A stretch of 64,000 nt of DNA from contig JACKGH010000001.1 in the NCBI GenBank assembly GCA_020632075.1, positions 458,852 to 522,851 of the forward strand, read 5' to 3'. Position 1 is the stretch's first letter, and each line of letters opens with the position of its first letter. Origin of the DNA: Candidatus Nomurabacteria bacterium. Its GTDB lineage: Bacteria; Patescibacteriota; Minisyncoccia; Phycocordibacterales; UBA918. Made by a program: the position numbers and the translations under genes. The notes below the pieces were generated by a model, which had not been told where the DNA came from, did no database searches, and saw only the letters and a program-made list of their open reading frames with translations. Shown piece after piece: positions 9,516-21,325 of this stretch.

Positions 9516-10704
9516 TCTGGTCAGTGAGAATGCTATGCGCCACTTCCTGATCTGGTGACGTGATCTTATCATCAGAAATAAAGTCTGAGAGACGTGAGCG
9601 ATCATCATCATCACCCACCGGCAGTTCGAGTGAAATAGTATCCTGTGAGATCTTTTCGATCTGATACACCTTTTCTACCTCTACCTGCATTTCAGTTGCA
9701 ATTTCTTCGGGCATCGGGTCGCGACCAAGGTCTTGTGCCAAGCGGCGAGACACCTGCTTGTACTTCGCCATGGTTTCCACCATATGAACCGGAATACGAA
9801 TCGTACGTGACTGGTCAGCGAGTGCACGTGTGATCGCCTGGCGAATCCACCAGGTCGCATAGGTAGAGAACTTAAATCCCTTCGTGAAATCGAACTTGTC
9901 TACCGCCTTGAAGAGACCGAGGTTTCCTTCCTGGATCAAGTCAAGCAAGGTAAGGTCAGGTGAACGACCAACATACTTCTTCGCGATCGATACCACGAGA
10001 CGAAGGTTTGCTCGTGCAAGGAGGTTACGTGCCTCATCGTCACCTTCCACAATACGCTTTGCGAGCACGCGCTCTTCGTGCGCATTAAGCAGTGGGTACT
10101 GACCGATCTCCCGCAGATACATCTGGATTGAATCGTATCCACTATCGCTACGCTTGAAAGCATTCTTTTGCGCCAAGACTTCAGTACTTGGATCTTCACC
10201 AAGCATGCCGCCGCTCTGGAGCACATCAATACCAGCGATACTAAAACGTTCGTAGAGCGTATCTAGAAAATCTACATCCTTCTCGATCTCCGGAAACGCG
10301 CGCAAAAGCTCATCGTAGGTTACATACCCACGTTCTTTTCCAAGCTGCATTAGTTCTGCAGATTTCGCCTCGAGCAACTTTTCACTCTTAGTCAGCTTCT
10401 TTGGTGCAACCTTCTTTACGGCCTTTTTAACAACCTTCTTTACGGCCTTTTTAACAACCTTCTTTACCACTTTCTTTGCTGGCGCTTTTTTCGCAGCAGA
10501 AGCAGCCGCTTTCTTGGCGACTTTTTTCACAACTTTCTTTACTACCTTCTTTGCTGCAACTTTCTTTGCAACGGTTTTTTTGGCCACAGCTGTTTTCTTT
10601 GTAGCTTTTTTCGGGGCCGATTTTTTTGGTTTTGTCACGGTTTTTTTCACCGCTTTTTTCGCAACTTTTTTTGTGGCTTTTTTGGCAGCCATAATGTTCC
10701 TCAC
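9313..10704 (-). CDS. rpoD: RNA polymerase sigma-70 factor RpoD with ~100-aa Lys/Ala-rich N-terminal extension
   Basis: 463-aa ORF; sigma-70 regions 1.2-4 ([56 protein letters not shown]); N-terminus is KKAxKKV repeats. Confidence 0.92.
   Translation of the reverse strand: MRNIMAAKKATKKVAKKAVKKTVTKPKKSAPKKATKKTAVAKKTVAKKVAAKKVVKKVVKKVAKKAAASAAKKAPAKKVVKKVVKKAVKKVVKKAVKKVAPKKLTKSEKLLEAKSAELMQLGKERGYVTYDELLRAFPEIEKDVDFLDTLYERFSIAGIDVLQSGGMLGEDPSTEVLAQKNAFKRSDSGYDSIQMYLREIGQYPLLNAHEERVLAKRIVEGDDEARNLLARANLRLVVSIAKKYVGRSPDLTLLDLIQEGNLGLFKAVDKFDFTKGFKFSTYATWWIRQAITRALADQSRTIRIPVHMVETMAKYKQVSRRLAQDLGRDPMPEEIATEMQVEVEKVYQIEKISQDTISLELPVGDDDDRSRLSDFISDDKITSPDQEVAHSILTDQITEILDTLSEKERKILEMRHGLLDGTYHTLEEVGKEFGVTRERIRQIEAKALEKIRQHEKARRLKSY
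10408..10455 (-). repeat. exact 24-nt tandem duplication (caaccttctttacggcctttttaa x2) within the Lys/Ala-rich coding region of rpoD
   Basis: Read directly; the broader degenerate KKAVKKV-coding repeats span ~10390-10690. Confidence 0.8.
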
Positions 10705-10727
10705 TATACAGAAATAGTTAAAAAAGT

Positions 10728-12485
10728 CTAGTCCCTAATCTTAAGGAAACTGTCTGATTCATACGCCGGCTCCCGTCGTTTTGTTTCACAAACTTTTATC
10801 TCATTAAGTAGCTCCGCCACACGATTGTCATTCTGTGCATCTTCTGCAGCTTGCAGTTCCTGTCGCAATTCAGCCAATCGTTTCTTGATCGCATACGTTT
10901 TAAACTGATTAAGCTTTGCGACTATCTCTTCAAGGACGGCATGCTCAGGTAAGCTAGCAAAATGCTGCTCGATCATAAAGATCACCCCCGCAATATCGGC
11001 GTCAGTCGGGTCAGCCAGAGTGGTCAGCTCACTGATCAACTTCATTTCTGGTTCAACTTTACTAGAAATAGCTGCGTCAATAACCTGCAGTGCGGCCGAC
11101 AGATACACGAACGACTTCTGCGCCGTGTCCACCTGCACCACCACCTCAGGCCGAGCAGTTCGTTCCCTTTGCTCGGACTCTACTGACGTCTGTTCTCTCG
11201 AACTCGACTGCTCACGAAGTCGATCAAGCTCAAACCGGATCGCGTCAGCTGTCGTACCGATCGCTTCGGCTACCTTACCGACAAAGTGCTCCTGATCGAT
11301 CCGATTAGGTAGCAGCAAGATAAATGGCAACACCTCATCGCGTGCCTTTAGCTTGAATGATCGATCATCCTCGATCTCCCGTCGTAGTACATGCAGTAAA
11401 AATTCGATCACATGCACTGACTTCCCGATCACCTGCTTAAACTGCGCCGGATCCTTTTGAATCATATCAGCCGGATCTTCGCCGAGTGGTAACTCTGCTA
11501 CTTTTACATCAAGTCCGCGACCGAGCATAACCGATGCACTTTTTTTCATGGCATTAATGCCGGCGCGATCAGCATCGAGCGCAAGCACGACTCGATCAGA
11601 GAGTCGCTCCAGGAGCTGTACATGATGGAGCGTGAGTGCTGTACCAGACACCGCTACTGTATTACCGTAGCCGGCCTGATGGCACATCACCACATCAAAC
11701 TGCCCTTCAACGATCAGTGAGAAATTGAGCTTGCGGATACTCTCCTTTGCTTTGTCGTAGCCAAATAGTAGATCAGACTTTTTATAGAGTAGTGTCTCTG
11801 GTGAGTTTACGTACTTCGGTGCTTTATCATCAGGATGCAGAATGCGTCCTGAAAAGGCAACGATTTTACCACTTGGCTCTGCCATCGGAAACATCACCCG
11901 ATCACGAAAGACGTCAAATGGTTCTTTCCCGCCTTCGGTAGTCTTGATGAGTCCAGCCTTGAGAATCTCGTCTTTCGTAAAGCCTTTTGCTTCGAGCTGC
12001 TCTTTCACGTGTCGCCAGCCGTGCTTAGGCGGGCCGGGCGCGTAGCCGATCCGCCACTTTGCAATGGTCTGCGGAGTCACTCCGCGGCGCTTGAGATATG
12101 CTGCTGCTTCTGATTCTTGATCAAGCCACTCCGCATAAAACACTGTCGCCGCCTCAAGCGCCGCGTACAACCGCTCTCGCTCACTGCGCTTTTTTGGATC
12201 TTCAGGCACCAGCTCTACTCCTGCCTTGTCGGCCAAGATCTTCAGCGCTTCTTTGAAATCAACTCCTTCCATCGCCTGCACAAAGCTGAACATATCGCCG
12301 CCCTGCGAGGTAGAAAAACAGTAGTACATCCCACGGTCAGGTGAGACGTAAAACGACGGCGTCTTCTCAGAAGAAAACGGTGACTTACCTTTAAAGTTCT
12401 TTCCTGCTTTGTGTAGCTCAACGTACGGCGTGATAACGTCCAGAATACTGAGTTTGTCTTTGATCTGCTGCACCGCATCGCTCAT
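10728..12485 (-). CDS. dnaG: DNA primase DnaG
   Basis: 585-aa ORF; TOPRIM region [26 protein letters not shown] and DADRAG; N-terminal zinc-binding-domain scaffold (EKTPSF) with ligand residues mostly replaced; immediately upstream of rpoD (classic dnaG-rpoD arrangement). Confidence 0.9.
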   Translation of the reverse strand: MSDAVQQIKDKLSILDVITPYVELHKAGKNFKGKSPFSSEKTPSFYVSPDRGMYYCFSTSQGGDMFSFVQAMEGVDFKEALKILADKAGVELVPEDPKKRSERERLYAALEAATVFYAEWLDQESEAAAYLKRRGVTPQTIAKWRIGYAPGPPKHGWRHVKEQLEAKGFTKDEILKAGLIKTTEGGKEPFDVFRDRVMFPMAEPSGKIVAFSGRILHPDDKAPKYVNSPETLLYKKSDLLFGYDKAKESIRKLNFSLIVEGQFDVVMCHQAGYGNTVAVSGTALTLHHVQLLERLSDRVVLALDADRAGINAMKKSASVMLGRGLDVKVAELPLGEDPADMIQKDPAQFKQVIGKSVHVIEFLLHVLRREIEDDRSFKLKARDEVLPFILLLPNRIDQEHFVGKVAEAIGTTADAIRFELDRLREQSSSREQTSVESEQRERTARPEVVVQVDTAQKSFVYLSAALQVIDAAISSKVEPEMKLISELTTLADPTDADIAGVIFMIEQHFASLPEHAVLEEIVAKLNQFKTYAIKKRLAELRQELQAAEDAQNDNRVAELLNEIKVCETKRREPAYESDSFLKIRD

Positions 12486-12584
12486 AGTGGCTGTAGTATA
12501 CCGGAGTTCATGACTGATCGCGACTACATTGACTTATGACACAATAGTGCTACAGTTTTAAAAATTCAACTGGAGTTTCTTCTC

Positions 12585-12989
12585 ATGAATCCAGACCCTG
12601 TTCTTGTAAAACCATTCACAACACAGTACACGCATTTCAAACCCGGGGATATGCTTCTCACTTTTAATGTTCGCGGCTGGCAAAAACCACTAGATCAACA
12701 CTGGACCAACCCTCTCGACTTCTCTCAGGTCCAAGACCTACGACCAGGTGATAAGGTGTGGATCCGCTACTTAAGGACCGATGACATAGTCCATGGCTTC
12801 ATCTTGGTTTCGATCGCAGGCACCACCGTAATCCCCGGCGGACTCGAAATCAGGTACGCCACCGGCGGTGAGCGCGGTAGCTTCATCGCCCACGACAGCG
12901 ATCCAAAATCATGGCCACACGAGCTGACAAGCGAGAATGCTGTGTATGCCTGGACACACGGCAAACGCTTGGCTCGGCATATTTCGTAG
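12585..12989 (+). CDS. hypothetical protein
   Basis: 134-aa ORF followed by an intrinsic terminator; no recognisable domain. Confidence 0.4.
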   Translation: MNPDPVLVKPFTTQYTHFKPGDMLLTFNVRGWQKPLDQHWTNPLDFSQVQDLRPGDKVWIRYLRTDDIVHGFILVSIAGTTVIPGGLEIRYATGGERGSFIAHDSDPKSWPHELTSENAVYAWTHGKRLARHIS

Positions 12990-12996
12990 CATACCC

Positions 12997-13026
12997 CAGT
13001 CCCGACAAGAGTCGGGACTTTTTTGT
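12997..13026 (+). terminator. intrinsic terminator
   Basis: gtcccgac-aaga-gtcgggac-tttttt. Confidence 0.8.
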
Positions 13027-13186
13027 TGACAAGCCCTTTGAAGACGCTATAGTACGAGCAGTTCGTTTTATACTTCCTGGAGACAGAGATCACACTGGAG
13101 TCTCATAATAATCTCTCTCCAGATAATCTTTGATGCTAGAGAAGCATCGTTAGAAAAACCCGCTCCAGCGGGCTTTATCTTTTTAC

Positions 13187-13858
13187 TTACGCATCAAATG
13201 CAAGGACTCCCTTCTCTGAAACCAAGATCTCGCTGAGAGCTTGCCGCTTGGCTGGTGTCATCTTGGCCTTGATATAGACAGTCCGCTCACTTGCAGATGT
13301 TCGAGATCGTCGAATATGTACCACCTGCACACCACATTCATCGAAGATGTCGAGAATATCATCTTCTGCAGCATCGGTATTTTTGATCGTTACGCGCACC
13401 TCAAGGAATTCATGCAAACGATCGAGCCAGCGCTCAAATGGCGGCAAAAGCCACAGCACCGCCATCGCTAGTAGCGTCACAGCAGTCACCAATGGATACT
13501 CACCAGCTCCCGCCGCCATACCGAGCGACGCAACGAGCCAGATGGTAGCAGCTGTAGTGATACCGCCAATAGTTGCACCGTCTTTGATGATCACACCCGC
13601 ACCAAGGAAACCAACACCGGTCACAATTGCAGCAGCGATTCGGCCGGTTTCTTTTTGTGGATCACCAATGATCTGCGCCATGATCATAAAGAGTGCAGAA
13701 CCAACTGCGATAAGGATCATCGTGCGAAACCCAGCACTCTTATCACGATACTCTCGTTCGATACCAATAAGCCCACCCACAAGCGCAGCTACGAGCACCG
13801 GTACAAAGTACTTGGAAAGTTCAATAAACATCTCCGTCATTACCACTGATTCTAGCAT
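13187..13858 (-). CDS. MgtC/SapB-family membrane protein
   Basis: 223-aa ORF; LVGGLIGIEREYRDKSAGFRTMILIAVGSALF N-terminal motif characteristic of MgtC. Confidence 0.8.
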   Translation of the reverse strand: MLESVVMTEMFIELSKYFVPVLVAALVGGLIGIEREYRDKSAGFRTMILIAVGSALFMIMAQIIGDPQKETGRIAAAIVTGVGFLGAGVIIKDGATIGGITTAATIWLVASLGMAAGAGEYPLVTAVTLLAMAVLWLLPPFERWLDRLHEFLEVRVTIKNTDAAEDDILDIFDECGVQVVHIRRSRTSASERTVYIKAKMTPAKRQALSEILVSEKGVLAFDA

Positions 13859-13998
13859 GACCGAAAAAACAAAGTTTTACACAGGTGTTGATTTTGCGGG
13901 TTTGGCCGGCGGAAGCTTCGCTTCCGCCGGCGAAACTTGATTTTTACAATTTTTTGTGTTATTATATAAACAACTGCACATTACAGGAGATTCAAGCA

Positions 13999-14301
13999 GT
14001 GGATACGATTCAGAGTCTTACGATCGGAGTAACGGGTGTATTGTTCACCCTCTCGCTCCTCATCCTGATCACCGGAGCAGCAGCCATCTATCATCTACCC
14101 AAGGCGACGGTTCCGATCCGCACCATTGAGGTTGCGATCCTCTTCGGCGCAACGATCTATGGGTTTTACTGGCTGTCGGTCAAAGACCCATATTTCGACT
14201 ACGATACGTACACGATCAACCTCTGCATCTGGCACGCTGTGGTACTGGTTGTACTCCAACCACTGCTGGTGCGCTATCTGAACAGACAAAATCAATCCTA
14301 G
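13999..14301 (+). CDS. hypothetical small membrane protein
   Basis: GTG start 9 nt downstream of AGGAG (13985-13989); three hydrophobic segments. The longer 6-frame ORF from 13885 would include a strong palindromic hairpin and is less likely. Confidence 0.4.
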   Translation: MDTIQSLTIGVTGVLFTLSLLILITGAAAIYHLPKATVPIRTIEVAILFGATIYGFYWLSVKDPYFDYDTYTINLCIWHAVVLVVLQPLLVRYLNRQNQS

Positions 14302-14365
14302 AGCTAGTTGGCAAGCTCCCCCACCCTACACACATGGACGTGTGTGGGGTGTTTTTAAATGCGAA

Positions 14366-14404
14366 AGAAAAGGCCGGGCGCGAAGCGCCCGGCCTTTTCT
14401 TTTT
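14366..14404. terminator. bidirectional intrinsic terminator downstream of rpoC
   Basis: aagaaaa-ggccgggcgc-gaa-gcgcccggcc-ttttcttttt. Confidence 0.9.
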
Positions 14405-14414
14405 GCTAGATCAC

Positions 14415-17400
14415 TTAGTCGCGACCTGCTTGTAGTTCTTTGATCATCTCATGCTTCTTTGATCCTTCGAAGCCTGATCCCGCTGGGATAAGTTTACCGA
14501 TGATCACGTTTTCCATGAGACCAGCGAGATTGTCACTACTTCCCTTCACAGCTGCGTTGATGAGAACGCGAGTCGTGTTCTGGAATGATGCAGCTGAGAG
14601 GAAACTCTTACGTGAGAGTGAGGTTTCGGTGATACCGAGGATGAGTCGATCACCCTTCGCGATCTCTTTACCTTCTGCCTTCAGCTTCTCGTTTTCTTCC
14701 TGCATGATCCACTCCTCTACCACTTCACCATTAGTGAATCGGCTTTCGCCGCGGCTTGTCACCTTCATGCGTGACATCATCTGCTTCACAATAAGCTCGA
14801 TGTGCTTACGTGCGATGGTTACACCCTGGAGTTCGTAGATCTTGTTTACTTCAGAAATGATGTAGTCCTGAGTTACTTCCTGTCCACCAAACTTGAAGAG
14901 TTCAGGGAGAAGTGCAGAACCATCAGTGAGGAGCTGTCCAGCGACGACATCGTCACCCTTAGAGACAGCTACCACACGACGGAAGTGAACTTCGTATTCG
15001 TTGTTATCCTTCTTCTTTGGCGCACCTGGTGCAGTCATATCTGGCGCTACGACGATCACCTTCTCGCGACCTTCGGTACGGATCTCCTTCACGACACCAG
15101 AGTACTTACAGATCACCGCTGGGATCTTTGGCTGACGCTTTTCAAAGACTTCCTCCACACGAGGGAGACCTTGGGTCACGTCTCCACCAGCTGACGCAGC
15201 ACCTCCGGCGTGCTTGGTGTTCATAGTAAGCTGTGTACCTGGCTCACCGATCGCTTGCGCTGCCACTGTACCGACTGCTTCACCAATATCAACGAGATCG
15301 TTGGTAGTGAGGTCGATACCGTAACACTGCTGACAAACTCCGCGGAGTGTCTTACAGGTCATTGGTGAACGCACCACCACTGATTCACAAGTTGATTCTT
15401 CCACCGCGATCGCATCGCGACGTGAGAGCAAATGACCCTTCTTAAAGATCACATTACCCTTCGTGTCGACCGCGTCTTCAGCGAGGATACGTCCCTTGAT
15501 CGCCTTCGCGAATGAAATCTCGATACCAGACGCTGAGATACGGTTGATAGTGGTACCAGCCTTAGTCTTACAATTTGCCTCAGTCACGATCGCATCTTGT
15601 GCTACAACGAAGAGACGACGAGTCAGGTATCCAGCCTTTGCAGTCTGGAGCGCCGTGTCGGCGAGACCCTTACGTGAACCGTGAGTCGTGTTGAAGTACT
15701 CGATCGGTGACAGTCCTTCCTTCATAGATGAGATAACCGGAGTTTCGAGTGTCTCACCACGAGTGTTCACGATCAGACCCTTCATACCCGCCATCTGTGC
15801 GATCTGGCCGAGTGAACCTCGAGCACCAGACTTCCACATTTCGTAAGCAGAACCGTCTTCAGAAAGTGTCTCTGGTAGCGCCTTTTCGATCTCGGTCTTC
15901 GCGCGGTGCCAGATCTCGACGATCATACGACGGCGCTCGTCGCGTGAAAGCAAACCTTCTTCGTAGTGCTCGATAACTTCACGCTCCTCGTCTCGCGCTC
16001 CAGCAACGATCGCTGCCTTCGCTTCTGGTACGACCACTTCGTCGATACCCCAGGTAGTTCCTGAGACAGTCGCGTAGCGGAAACCAAACTTCTTAAGACG
16101 GTCAACGATCGGTGGCACTGCTTCAGCACCACGATCATCAATAATATCGATGATGATCTGGAAGAGTGTCTTCTGTACGATCACATCGTTGATGAAGTCA
16201 TGATCACTTGGCAGTACTGAGTTGAAGAGAAGTCGTCCGACAGTAGTTTCAAACAGCTGTCCATCAAACTGAGCGTACTTTGGAGTGTCGGTTGCAAGCA
16301 CCTTTACCTTCGCGCGGAAGTCGATCACTCCGTAGTCGTACGCGTTGATCGCGTCGTTTGGTGACGAGAAGTACTTACCTTCTCCTTGTGCACCTTCAAC
16401 TACCTTAGTCATCCAGTACGCACCAAGCGCCATATCAAGCAGCTTTTCAGACACCACTGGTTCTGAAGATCCTGGCTTGAGGATGTTGTGGTTTGCAGAA
16501 ATGATCTCTTTTGCTTCCATCTGTGCCTCTTCTGAGAGTGGTACGTGAACCGCCATCTGGTCACCGTCGAAGTCCGCGTTAAACGCGCGACAAACGAGTG
16601 GGTGTACCTGAATCGCGTTACCCTCGATCAGTACCGGACGGAATGCCTGAATACCCTGACGATGGAGTGTTGGCGCACGGTTCAACATCACGTGCTTACC
16701 TTTAATAATATCTTCGAGAATTGCCCATACTTCTGGCACCCCGTCTTCAATGAGACGACCAGCACCACGAATGTTGTAGGCAAGTTCTTGCTTCAAAAGC
16801 TCTGCGATCACAAACGGACGGAAAAGCTCGAGTGCCATATGCTTCGGCAGACCACACTGGTCGAGCGCGAGCTCAGGACCGATCACAATCACTGAACGTC
16901 CTGAGTAGTCCACTCGCTTACCGAGCAAGTTCTGACGGAAGTAGCCCTGCTTTGACTTAAGGTAGTCAGAGAGAGACTTCAGTGGACGACGCTGTGCGGC
17001 ACTCATGACTGAGTACGCACCACCTCCATGACGGATTGAGTTGTCGATGAGTGCGTCGACTGCCTCCTGCATGATTCGCTTTTCGTTGCGAAGGATCACG
17101 TCTGGAGCCTGGATGTCGATCAGCTTCTTGAGACGGTTGTTACGGTTGATCACGCGACGGTATAGGTCGTTGAGGTCTGAAGACGCGTGACGTCCACCTT
17201 CAAGTGCCACCATCGGACGGATTGCCGGTGGTACCACTGGGATACGAGTCAGGAAGAGCCATTCAGGACGTACTCCGGCGTGGAGCATACCGCGAATGAG
17301 TGCGAGACGCTTATCGAGCTTTGCTCGTTCCATTGCACCAGCCTTAGTGTAGCGATCTTCGAGTTCGTCAACCAGCTTCGCAAGATCGATCTCCTTGAAA

Positions 17401-18113
17401 AGGTCGTAGATCGCTTCCGCACCAATACGTGCTTCAAAGAGGGTTGAGTACTTGATCGAGAACTTGTGGAAACTTGCTTCATCAAGTACCACACCCTGCT
17501 GAATACTGTCGACCTCCTTTTTCACTTCATCCATGCGTGACTTGAGTGCTTCACGTGCTTCATCGTTGGTGAGCGACTTGAGCTTGGTCTTGAATTCAGT
17601 ATCGAGCTCAGACAGGATACGTGCCCGATCAGCTTCGCTCACCTTGGTCACGATATAACCTGCAAAGTAGATCACTTTCTCTACTGATGAGGCAGTGATA
17701 CCAAGGATCATCGCGATGCGACTTGGCACACCACGAAGGAACCATATGTGAGACACTGGCACACAAAGGTCGATGTGGCCCATGCGTTCACGACGTACAA
17801 TTGCGCGAGTAACCTCTACTCCACACTTTTCACAAGTAATACCCTTGTAGCGGATACCACGGTACTTCTTACAACTACATTCGTAGTCTTCAACTGGACC
17901 GAAGATACGTTCATCGAAAAGACCGTGCTTCTCTGGACGCTGAGTTCGGTAGTTGATGGTTTCTGGCTTGGTCACCTCACCCCAAGACCAGTCGAGGATC
18001 TGTTCAGGTGACGCCAGCTTCAGGCTCACGCCTGTGTAGTTGGTTGGCACGGGTGCAGGCTTCTTGAAATCAGTTTTCTGGAATGTTGATTCGTTAGACA
18101 TAGGCGCAAGCAT
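14415..18113 (-). CDS. rpoC: DNA-directed RNA polymerase subunit beta'
   Basis: 1232-aa ORF; [16 protein letters not shown] catalytic motif; zinc-finger Cys in the N-terminus ([20 protein letters not shown]). Confidence 0.97.
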   Translation of the reverse strand: MLAPMSNESTFQKTDFKKPAPVPTNYTGVSLKLASPEQILDWSWGEVTKPETINYRTQRPEKHGLFDERIFGPVEDYECSCKKYRGIRYKGITCEKCGVEVTRAIVRRERMGHIDLCVPVSHIWFLRGVPSRIAMILGITASSVEKVIYFAGYIVTKVSEADRARILSELDTEFKTKLKSLTNDEAREALKSRMDEVKKEVDSIQQGVVLDEASFHKFSIKYSTLFEARIGAEAIYDLFKEIDLAKLVDELEDRYTKAGAMERAKLDKRLALIRGMLHAGVRPEWLFLTRIPVVPPAIRPMVALEGGRHASSDLNDLYRRVINRNNRLKKLIDIQAPDVILRNEKRIMQEAVDALIDNSIRHGGGAYSVMSAAQRRPLKSLSDYLKSKQGYFRQNLLGKRVDYSGRSVIVIGPELALDQCGLPKHMALELFRPFVIAELLKQELAYNIRGAGRLIEDGVPEVWAILEDIIKGKHVMLNRAPTLHRQGIQAFRPVLIEGNAIQVHPLVCRAFNADFDGDQMAVHVPLSEEAQMEAKEIISANHNILKPGSSEPVVSEKLLDMALGAYWMTKVVEGAQGEGKYFSSPNDAINAYDYGVIDFRAKVKVLATDTPKYAQFDGQLFETTVGRLLFNSVLPSDHDFINDVIVQKTLFQIIIDIIDDRGAEAVPPIVDRLKKFGFRYATVSGTTWGIDEVVVPEAKAAIVAGARDEEREVIEHYEEGLLSRDERRRMIVEIWHRAKTEIEKALPETLSEDGSAYEMWKSGARGSLGQIAQMAGMKGLIVNTRGETLETPVISSMKEGLSPIEYFNTTHGSRKGLADTALQTAKAGYLTRRLFVVAQDAIVTEANCKTKAGTTINRISASGIEISFAKAIKGRILAEDAVDTKGNVIFKKGHLLSRRDAIAVEESTCESVVVRSPMTCKTLRGVCQQCYGIDLTTNDLVDIGEAVGTVAAQAIGEPGTQLTMNTKHAGGAASAGGDVTQGLPRVEEVFEKRQPKIPAVICKYSGVVKEIRTEGREKVIVVAPDMTAPGAPKKKDNNEYEVHFRRVVAVSKGDDVVAGQLLTDGSALLPELFKFGGQEVTQDYIISEVNKIYELQGVTIARKHIELIVKQMMSRMKVTSRGESRFTNGEVVEEWIMQEENEKLKAEGKEIAKGDRLILGITETSLSRKSFLSAASFQNTTRVLINAAVKGSSDNLAGLMENVIIGKLIPAGSGFEGSKKHEMIKELQAGRD

Positions 18114-21100
18114 TAAGCGTTCTCATAATTACGTCGGGTATCTTCTTTCTCAAGATGCACATCGAGTGCGAGACCACGCAGCTGATTGAGAAGGACGTTG
18201 AAGGCTGCTGGGGTGTGTGGGTGTGAGATCTGCTCGCCTCGTACGATCGCATCGAAGGCTGCAGAGCGACCAACAATGTCGTCAGACTTGATCGTAAGCA
18301 TCTCTCGGAGTGTGTAGGCTGCACCATACCCAAGGAGCGCCCACACTTCCATTTCTCCAAAGCGCTGTCCACCGATCTGTGCCTTACCACCAAGCGGCTG
18401 CTGGGTAATAAGAGAGTATGGACCAATCGAACGCATGTGGATCTTGTCTTCCACCATGTGGTGCAGCTTCAAGATGTACATGTATCCAACCGCAGTCTTC
18501 TGTGCGAATTCCTCACCAGTGAGACCATCGCGGAGTTGGATCTTTCCGTCTTCTGGAAGGCCAGCCTCTACAAGCTGCTTCTTCACGTCGTCTTCGTTTG
18601 CTCCTGCAAACGGTGGCACGATCGCCTGGAAGCCGAGGGTATTGGCTGCCATACCGAGGTGAATCTCAAGGATCTGACCAAGGTTCATACGTGACGGCAC
18701 ACCAAGTGGTGTCAGGAGAATATCTACTGGATCACCGTTTTCATCGTACGGCATATCTTCTTCTGGAAGAATACGTGAGATAACACCCTTGTTACCGTGA
18801 CGACCAGCAAGCTTGTCACCCACTGAAACGTTACGTACCTGGGCTACCGTAATAAGGATCTTCTTGATCACACCACTTTCGAGCTGATCACCATTTTCAC
18901 GTGAGAAAATCTTTACGCCGATCACACGACCACGCTTCCCGGCTTCGAGTCGGAGTGAAGTATCCTTCACATCCTTCGCCTTTTCACCGAAGATCGAACG
19001 AAGGAGTCGCTCTTCTGGAGTGAGTTGGGTTTCGCCCTTCGGGGTCACCTTACCAACGAGAATGTCGCCTGGGCGCACCTCTGCACCAATGCGGATCACA
19101 CCGGTTTCGTCGAGGTTGCGGAGCTTCATTTCAGATACGTTTGGAATATCTGGAGTGGTTACTTCTGGGCCAAGCTTGGTGTCTCGTACCGCCACTTCAA
19201 GTTCGTCGAGGTGGATGGTTGAGAATTTTGCCTGCTTTACAAGACGCTCAGAAATGATGATCGCGTCTTCGTAGTTTGCTCCGTTCCAACTCATAAACGC
19301 AATACGTGCGTTCTGACCTACGGCGATCTGACCGTTGTCAGTCGCGGTGGTGTCGGCGAGGAGATCACCACGCTTCACCTTCTGTCCAAGCGATACCGCT
19401 GGACGATGTGCAAACGCTGAGAAGTCGTTGGTCCGCTGCAACTGAGTGAGTGGATATTCATCCTTCTTACCCTTGTTATTCTTCACCACGATCATACGAG
19501 CGTCAACTTCGATCACTTCACCTGGTTCACGAGCATAGAGCACACGACCAATGTCTCGTGCTGCTACACCTTCTACACCAGTCGCGACGATCGGTGCTTC
19601 TTGCACCACACACGGAGTTGACTGCTTCTGCATGTTTGATCCCATGAGCGTACGGTTCGCGTCGTCGTGGTTGAGGAATGGAATCATTGAGGTCGCCACG
19701 GAGAATGGCTGGTTGGTTGCGATATCGATGTAGTCGATGTCATCGCGTGAGACGATACGTGGCTCTCCCTTGTAGCGAGCTTCCACAAATTCATTCTTGA
19801 TCTTGCCCTTATCATCTACTTCCACCGCTGCGTGTGCAATGGTGTGACCTTCTTCTTCATGCGCGTTCATGTAGGTGATCTCATCAGTGAGCTTACCCTT
19901 CTTCACCGCCATGTATGGTGTCTCGATGATACCAAAGCGGTTAACGCGAGAGTACATTGAGAGACGAAGAATAAGACCAATGTTTGGACCTTCCGGGGTG
20001 TGGATCGGACAGAGACGTCCGTAGTGACTCGGGTGTACGTCACGTACTTCAAAGCCAGCGCGCTCACGAGTGAGACCGCCTGGACCAAGCGCTGAAAGGG
20101 TGCGGAGGTGTTCTACCTCAGCGAGGATGTTCTGCTGCTGTGAGAATTGTGACAACTGGTTGGTTGTGAAGAATTCCTTGATCGCAGCCTGGAGTGGACG
20201 TGGGTTGATGATCTGCATCGGCAAAGATGTCTCTGCTTCGATGGTAGACATACGGTCTTGGATGTTTCGCTTCATGCGAGTCATACCGACACGCACGCGC
20301 TGCTGGAGCATTTCACCGAAGTATCGCACACGACGGAAACCGAGGTGGTCGATGTCATCTGGTAGTGCTGACGCATCGTGATTAGATTCGATGATCTGCT
20401 TCAAGATAAGCTGCATGTCATCGATCGTGACTGAACGCTGTGCAGTTGCCTTGGCGTCAGTTGGAAGACCAAAACGACCATTGAAGTGATGACGACCGAT
20501 CTCTGACAGGTCGTATCGCTCAGTTGAGAAAATAGAATCCACGAACTCACGAGCGTTTTCTACTGTTGCGAGGTCACCGTCACGAAGACGCTTGTAGATC
20601 TCGATATACGCTTCGTCAGTAGTCTTCGCTGGATCTTTTTCAAGAGTTGCCTTGATGTATTCTTCACCACGCTCGACCTTGCTCATGAGCTTGATCATTT
20701 CAGCATCCTTTTCGAGTCCAAGCACACGAAGCAGTGAAGTGATCGGGAACTTCTTCTTGCGGTCGATCTTTACATAGATCACACCATCAGCTTCAGATTC
20801 GATCTCCACCCACGCACCACGCGCTGGGATGATCTTCGCACCGAAGTAGGTCTTTCCCTTAGATTCATTAGTAGTGAAGAAAATACCGTAACTACGCGCA
20901 AGCTGTGGCACGATCACTCGCTCCACACCATTGATGATGAAGGTACCGTTGTCGGTCATCACTGGGATGTCCGTCATGAAGATCTCTTGGTCCTTTTCAG
21001 AATCAAACGTCTTGTTCTTTAGTACAACTGTTGCACGAAGCGGCGCCTCGTAGGTGCGCTTATTTTCCTTCGCAAACTCTGGTGAGTACTTTGGCGCACC

Positions 21101-21325
21101 CACTTCGTACTTCTTAAACTGTAATTCAAACTTCTTCTCTGAGTAGTCAGCGATCGGAGAAAACTCCTTAAAGATCTCCTTGAGTGCAGTCTCTACAAAC
21201 CAGGTGTATGACTCACGCTGTGGCTCAATGAGGTCAGGTAACGGGATACGTGGCGCAGCCGCTTTTTCGAAGCGTCGCTGTGGCCAGTGTCCGATTGACT
21301 GATCCTTTACATCAGTTTTACTCAT
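18113..21325 (-). CDS. rpoB: DNA-directed RNA polymerase subunit beta
   Basis: 1070-aa ORF; conserved beta-subunit blocks (GRHGNKGVISRILPEEDMPY, HMVEDKIHMRSIGPYSLITQQPLGGKAQ); stop overlaps the rpoC start by 1 nt. Confidence 0.97.
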   Translation of the reverse strand: MSKTDVKDQSIGHWPQRRFEKAAAPRIPLPDLIEPQRESYTWFVETALKEIFKEFSPIADYSEKKFELQFKKYEVGAPKYSPEFAKENKRTYEAPLRATVVLKNKTFDSEKDQEIFMTDIPVMTDNGTFIINGVERVIVPQLARSYGIFFTTNESKGKTYFGAKIIPARGAWVEIESEADGVIYVKIDRKKKFPITSLLRVLGLEKDAEMIKLMSKVERGEEYIKATLEKDPAKTTDEAYIEIYKRLRDGDLATVENAREFVDSIFSTERYDLSEIGRHHFNGRFGLPTDAKATAQRSVTIDDMQLILKQIIESNHDASALPDDIDHLGFRRVRYFGEMLQQRVRVGMTRMKRNIQDRMSTIEAETSLPMQIINPRPLQAAIKEFFTTNQLSQFSQQQNILAEVEHLRTLSALGPGGLTRERAGFEVRDVHPSHYGRLCPIHTPEGPNIGLILRLSMYSRVNRFGIIETPYMAVKKGKLTDEITYMNAHEEEGHTIAHAAVEVDDKGKIKNEFVEARYKGEPRIVSRDDIDYIDIATNQPFSVATSMIPFLNHDDANRTLMGSNMQKQSTPCVVQEAPIVATGVEGVAARDIGRVLYAREPGEVIEVDARMIVVKNNKGKKDEYPLTQLQRTNDFSAFAHRPAVSLGQKVKRGDLLADTTATDNGQIAVGQNARIAFMSWNGANYEDAIIISERLVKQAKFSTIHLDELEVAVRDTKLGPEVTTPDIPNVSEMKLRNLDETGVIRIGAEVRPGDILVGKVTPKGETQLTPEERLLRSIFGEKAKDVKDTSLRLEAGKRGRVIGVKIFSRENGDQLESGVIKKILITVAQVRNVSVGDKLAGRHGNKGVISRILPEEDMPYDENGDPVDILLTPLGVPSRMNLGQILEIHLGMAANTLGFQAIVPPFAGANEDDVKKQLVEAGLPEDGKIQLRDGLTGEEFAQKTAVGYMYILKLHHMVEDKIHMRSIGPYSLITQQPLGGKAQIGGQRFGEMEVWALLGYGAAYTLREMLTIKSDDIVGRSAAFDAIVRGEQISHPHTPAAFNVLLNQLRGLALDVHLEKEDTRRNYENA

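Noticed and set aside
13347-13940. 197-aa + ORF antisense to the mgtC-family gene
   Set aside because: Ser/Ala/Thr-rich translation of the opposite strand of a TM-rich gene; no start context.
13885-13998. Longer N-terminal extension of the small membrane-protein ORF
   Set aside because: Would translate through the 11-bp palindromic hairpin. The GTG at 13999 has a properly spaced AGGAG instead.
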